From contig CDRNVI010000023.1 of NCBI GenBank assembly GCA_977017575.1, positions 1-64,000 of the forward strand: a DNA stretch of 64,000 nt, read 5' to 3'. How positions within the stretch are numbered: the first letter of the stretch is position 1; every line of letters begins with the position of its first letter. Shown in pieces: positions 61,954 to 64,000 of the stretch. The translations under genes were made by a program, and so were the position numbers. The notes beneath the pieces were generated by a model. The model searched no databases. It had not been told where the DNA came from and worked only from the letters and a program-made list of their open reading frames with translations. This DNA is from Paramoeba atlantica (Eukaryota > Protista > Discosea).

Positions 61954-64000
61954 ATGCACACCTCTGTTCGAGGAAGAGGGCGCATGATTCCTATCCGCAT
62001 ACCTTCTCCCCCAGCTCTTTCATCAGATGCAATCGTGCCAACTTTAGCTGAAGCAAATTCTTCCGAATCTGTTTCATCTACTACTCCTTCAGTTACTTCG
62101 GTTCGTGCCAAGAGAACCAATTCGGCGAAGAAGAATAGAACTGCCATGCAGCGAGATGCTTCCACGGAAGCAGCAGATGGTCCTACCCAGAGCAGATTTG
62201 AAATTTCCGATAACGTTCCGTCAGGGAGTTATGTTCCTGTCTCAGTACGACGAGAGTGTACCGCGAGGCTTGAAGAGGAAATGTCGTCCTCTCCATCACA
62301 ACAGGCAAGCTCTGTAAGGCAAGTAGTTCGAAAACAGCTTGTACAGGACCCAATGCGGTTTCCCCGTATTTCGACAAAATTCTTTCGTGAACGCTGCTTG
62401 GGAATGGATACCCCGCCTGGTAGAACGAAAGATTTGGAGAAGAAAAACAAAGAGTGTCGCGAATACGCCGAGAAATATCCTCGGCCCCATCTCGTGAATA
62501 CCATGGGCCAGCGGACTCACATAAAGTGTCGCGACTGTCCGTGGTGGAGTCATTCGCTCCATAACAACCATTACTATCACCATATCAATCACACTTGTTT
62601 AGTGCGCGAGGGACAGAGAATCGCAAACGAACCGGAACTTTTTTCACTGACCCCGAACGACAATTCAATGAGTGTAAATGTTTTTGTTCGTCGCTGCGTT
62701 CCCTGTCTTGTGGCAAAGACGAACTTGTCATGCAAAGCTGCACACGCTTTACTTCGTAACTATGAAGAATTACGCCCCAAGCGAGCAAATACTGAAGAAA
62801 TTCTCAATGCACTCGGCAACAATCACAGGGTCATGCGTGATTGGGAGAAGGACTTGGCCAACGAAATATGGGAAAAAATGATTTCAAAAATCGATATTCA
62901 TCCTTTCTTCGGGGTAGCTGTGGATGCTGGGGTTGATTCCGTGCTCAACGAGCACGTATTAGTAGGGGTGGTGTATGTTTCAGATGAGCAATATCTATTA
63001 CCACCCATGTATCATCCGAAGCGGAAGGCATTCAACGGCAAAGAAACAGCTGAGAGTTTGGTTAATACATTGAATTCTATTCTCGGCATTACCCTGGTAC
63101 GAAAAATGAGGTTTTTAATGGTGGATGGCTGTGCCGTTAACCACGTGGCCCGTGATGAGGCAGAAGGAGAATTAAAAAGAATATATGATCGCGTTCAAAG
63201 AATTGGGGAGTCGGACTGGATAAACTTCGGAAACCGGGCCGTGGACATGATGCCACACGTCTCCTTACTATCTTGCTTTGGTCATTTTCTCAATAACCTC
63301 GCGATGGATGCGATGAAACCCTTTCAGGAAACACCCCTTTTTGAACTTAAAAAGCTCTTCAGACAAACATTTTATGGACATGACAAGATCTGTACGAAGA
63401 AGGGGCGGTATCGTGGTGTGGCCCTAGACGTTCTTCTTGGATCTTTCGACGAAGAAACTAACAAAGCGGAACAATTTTTCACTCAATGGTATGGGGGGCT
63501 GTCTAGCAATAAACTGGACGATGAATATCAGACAGAGCTGGTGTGTCAGCTTCGCAGCAGCGTACAAATTTTGAAACAATATGCGCCCGATGAAGCTGAT
63601 ATAATTTTGGCGGAACTGAACGCTCAGCATGAAAATATTCCTCGCTGTCGTGACGCACTTTCATTGTATGGACCTCAAGTAATTGAAGCTGTTCGTAGAG
63701 CAAAGGATGTACACGGCATTACGGCTCCTAAGTTAGGGGGAGTTACTCGCTGGTGCCATGATAAGTTCAGCAGCATTTCCTTCTTTTCTACTCAGTTACC
63801 TACTGTTGTCGCGTTCCTGAAGCAAGAACTGGAAAACCCCCGAGTTTGTCAGTCTGTACGTAAGTGTGCGGATCTTATTGCTCGGGAAGGGGTAGATAAC
63901 CTGGCGACTTCCGCAAAATATTTTCTTGAAGAACTAGCTCCTATCCAGAAAGCGTTACAAAAATTTTCGGATTTAGACGGTACGCCTTTAGCAACGGGAG
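61954..64000 (+). CDS. hAT-superfamily transposase (partial, open to the window end, >682 codons, absent from the ORF track)
   Basis: I translated it by hand and found no stops. BED-like finger KCRDC...HYYHHINH; catalytic Asp in FGVAVDAG (62923); second Asp in LMVDGCAVN (63124); CxxH in SCFGHFLN (63274); VTRW (63745). Confidence 0.8.
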   Translation, partial: MHTSVRGRGRMIPIRIPSPPALSSDAIVPTLAEANSSESVSSTTPSVTSVRAKRTNSAKKNRTAMQRDASTEAADGPTQSRFEISDNVPSGSYVPVSVRRECTARLEEEMSSSPSQQASSVRQVVRKQLVQDPMRFPRISTKFFRERCLGMDTPPGRTKDLEKKNKECREYAEKYPRPHLVNTMGQRTHIKCRDCPWWSHSLHNNHYYHHINHTCLVREGQRIANEPELFSLTPNDNSMSVNVFVRRCVPCLVAKTNLSCKAAHALLRNYEELRPKRANTEEILNALGNNHRVMRDWEKDLANEIWEKMISKIDIHPFFGVAVDAGVDSVLNEHVLVGVVYVSDEQYLLPPMYHPKRKAFNGKETAESLVNTLNSILGITLVRKMRFLMVDGCAVNHVARDEAEGELKRIYDRVQRIGESDWINFGNRAVDMMPHVSLLSCFGHFLNNLAMDAMKPFQETPLFELKKLFRQTFYGHDKICTKKGRYRGVALDVLLGSFDEETNKAEQFFTQWYGGLSSNKLDDEYQTELVCQLRSSVQILKQYAPDEADIILAELNAQHENIPRCRDALSLYGPQVIEAVRRAKDVHGITAPKLGGVTRWCHDKFSSISFFSTQLPTVVAFLKQELENPRVCQSVRKCADLIAREGVDNLATSAKYFLEELAPIQKALQKFSDLDGTPLATG

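Noticed and set aside
10606-64000. tRNA, rRNA, spliced-leader RNA or snoRNA genes; stop-codon reassignment; cis-introns
   Set aside because: I saw no cloverleaf, rRNA or spliced-leader motif by eye, and long conserved ORFs are open under the standard code without interruptions. Small RNAs cannot be excluded without tRNAscan or Infernal.

Overview
The window is a composite of three blocks. (1) 1-3278: compact, intact gammaproteobacterial-type genes (5'-nucleotidase, L,D-transpeptidase, class 2 pyrD, and the 3' stub of a fourth gene) with Shine-Dalgarno-like sites. (2) 3279-~10440: a transposon graveyard containing a tandem 439-bp foldback repeat, a Merlin-like fragment, three TA-flanked MITEs, a hAT relic and a VIPER/TATE-like RT-RNase H relic. 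(3) 10606-64000: an apparently intronless gene cluster lying entirely on the + strand, with kinetoplastid signatures (KREPA6/MP18 editosome protein, mitochondrial-type topoisomerase II, FYVE-Rheb, six LRR paralogues), plus midasin, UBA1, SF3B1, YchF, QTRT2, Yip1, SPC22/23, bL33m and a tRNA-binding protein. This block most resembles a Perkinsela-like prokinetoplastid, which is an inference I cannot confirm without a search. The most notable observations are: about a dozen recurring ~1-kb islands in which the + strand switches from C-rich to G-rich, reshaping codons and inserting Pro-rich/Gly-rich tracts into proteins; an abrupt bacterium-eukaryote junction at 3279 (recent integration or assembly chimera); and hAT and Tc1/mariner DNA transposons in a kinetoplastid, including an uninterrupted hAT transposase ORF that runs off the window end and is missing from the ORF track.
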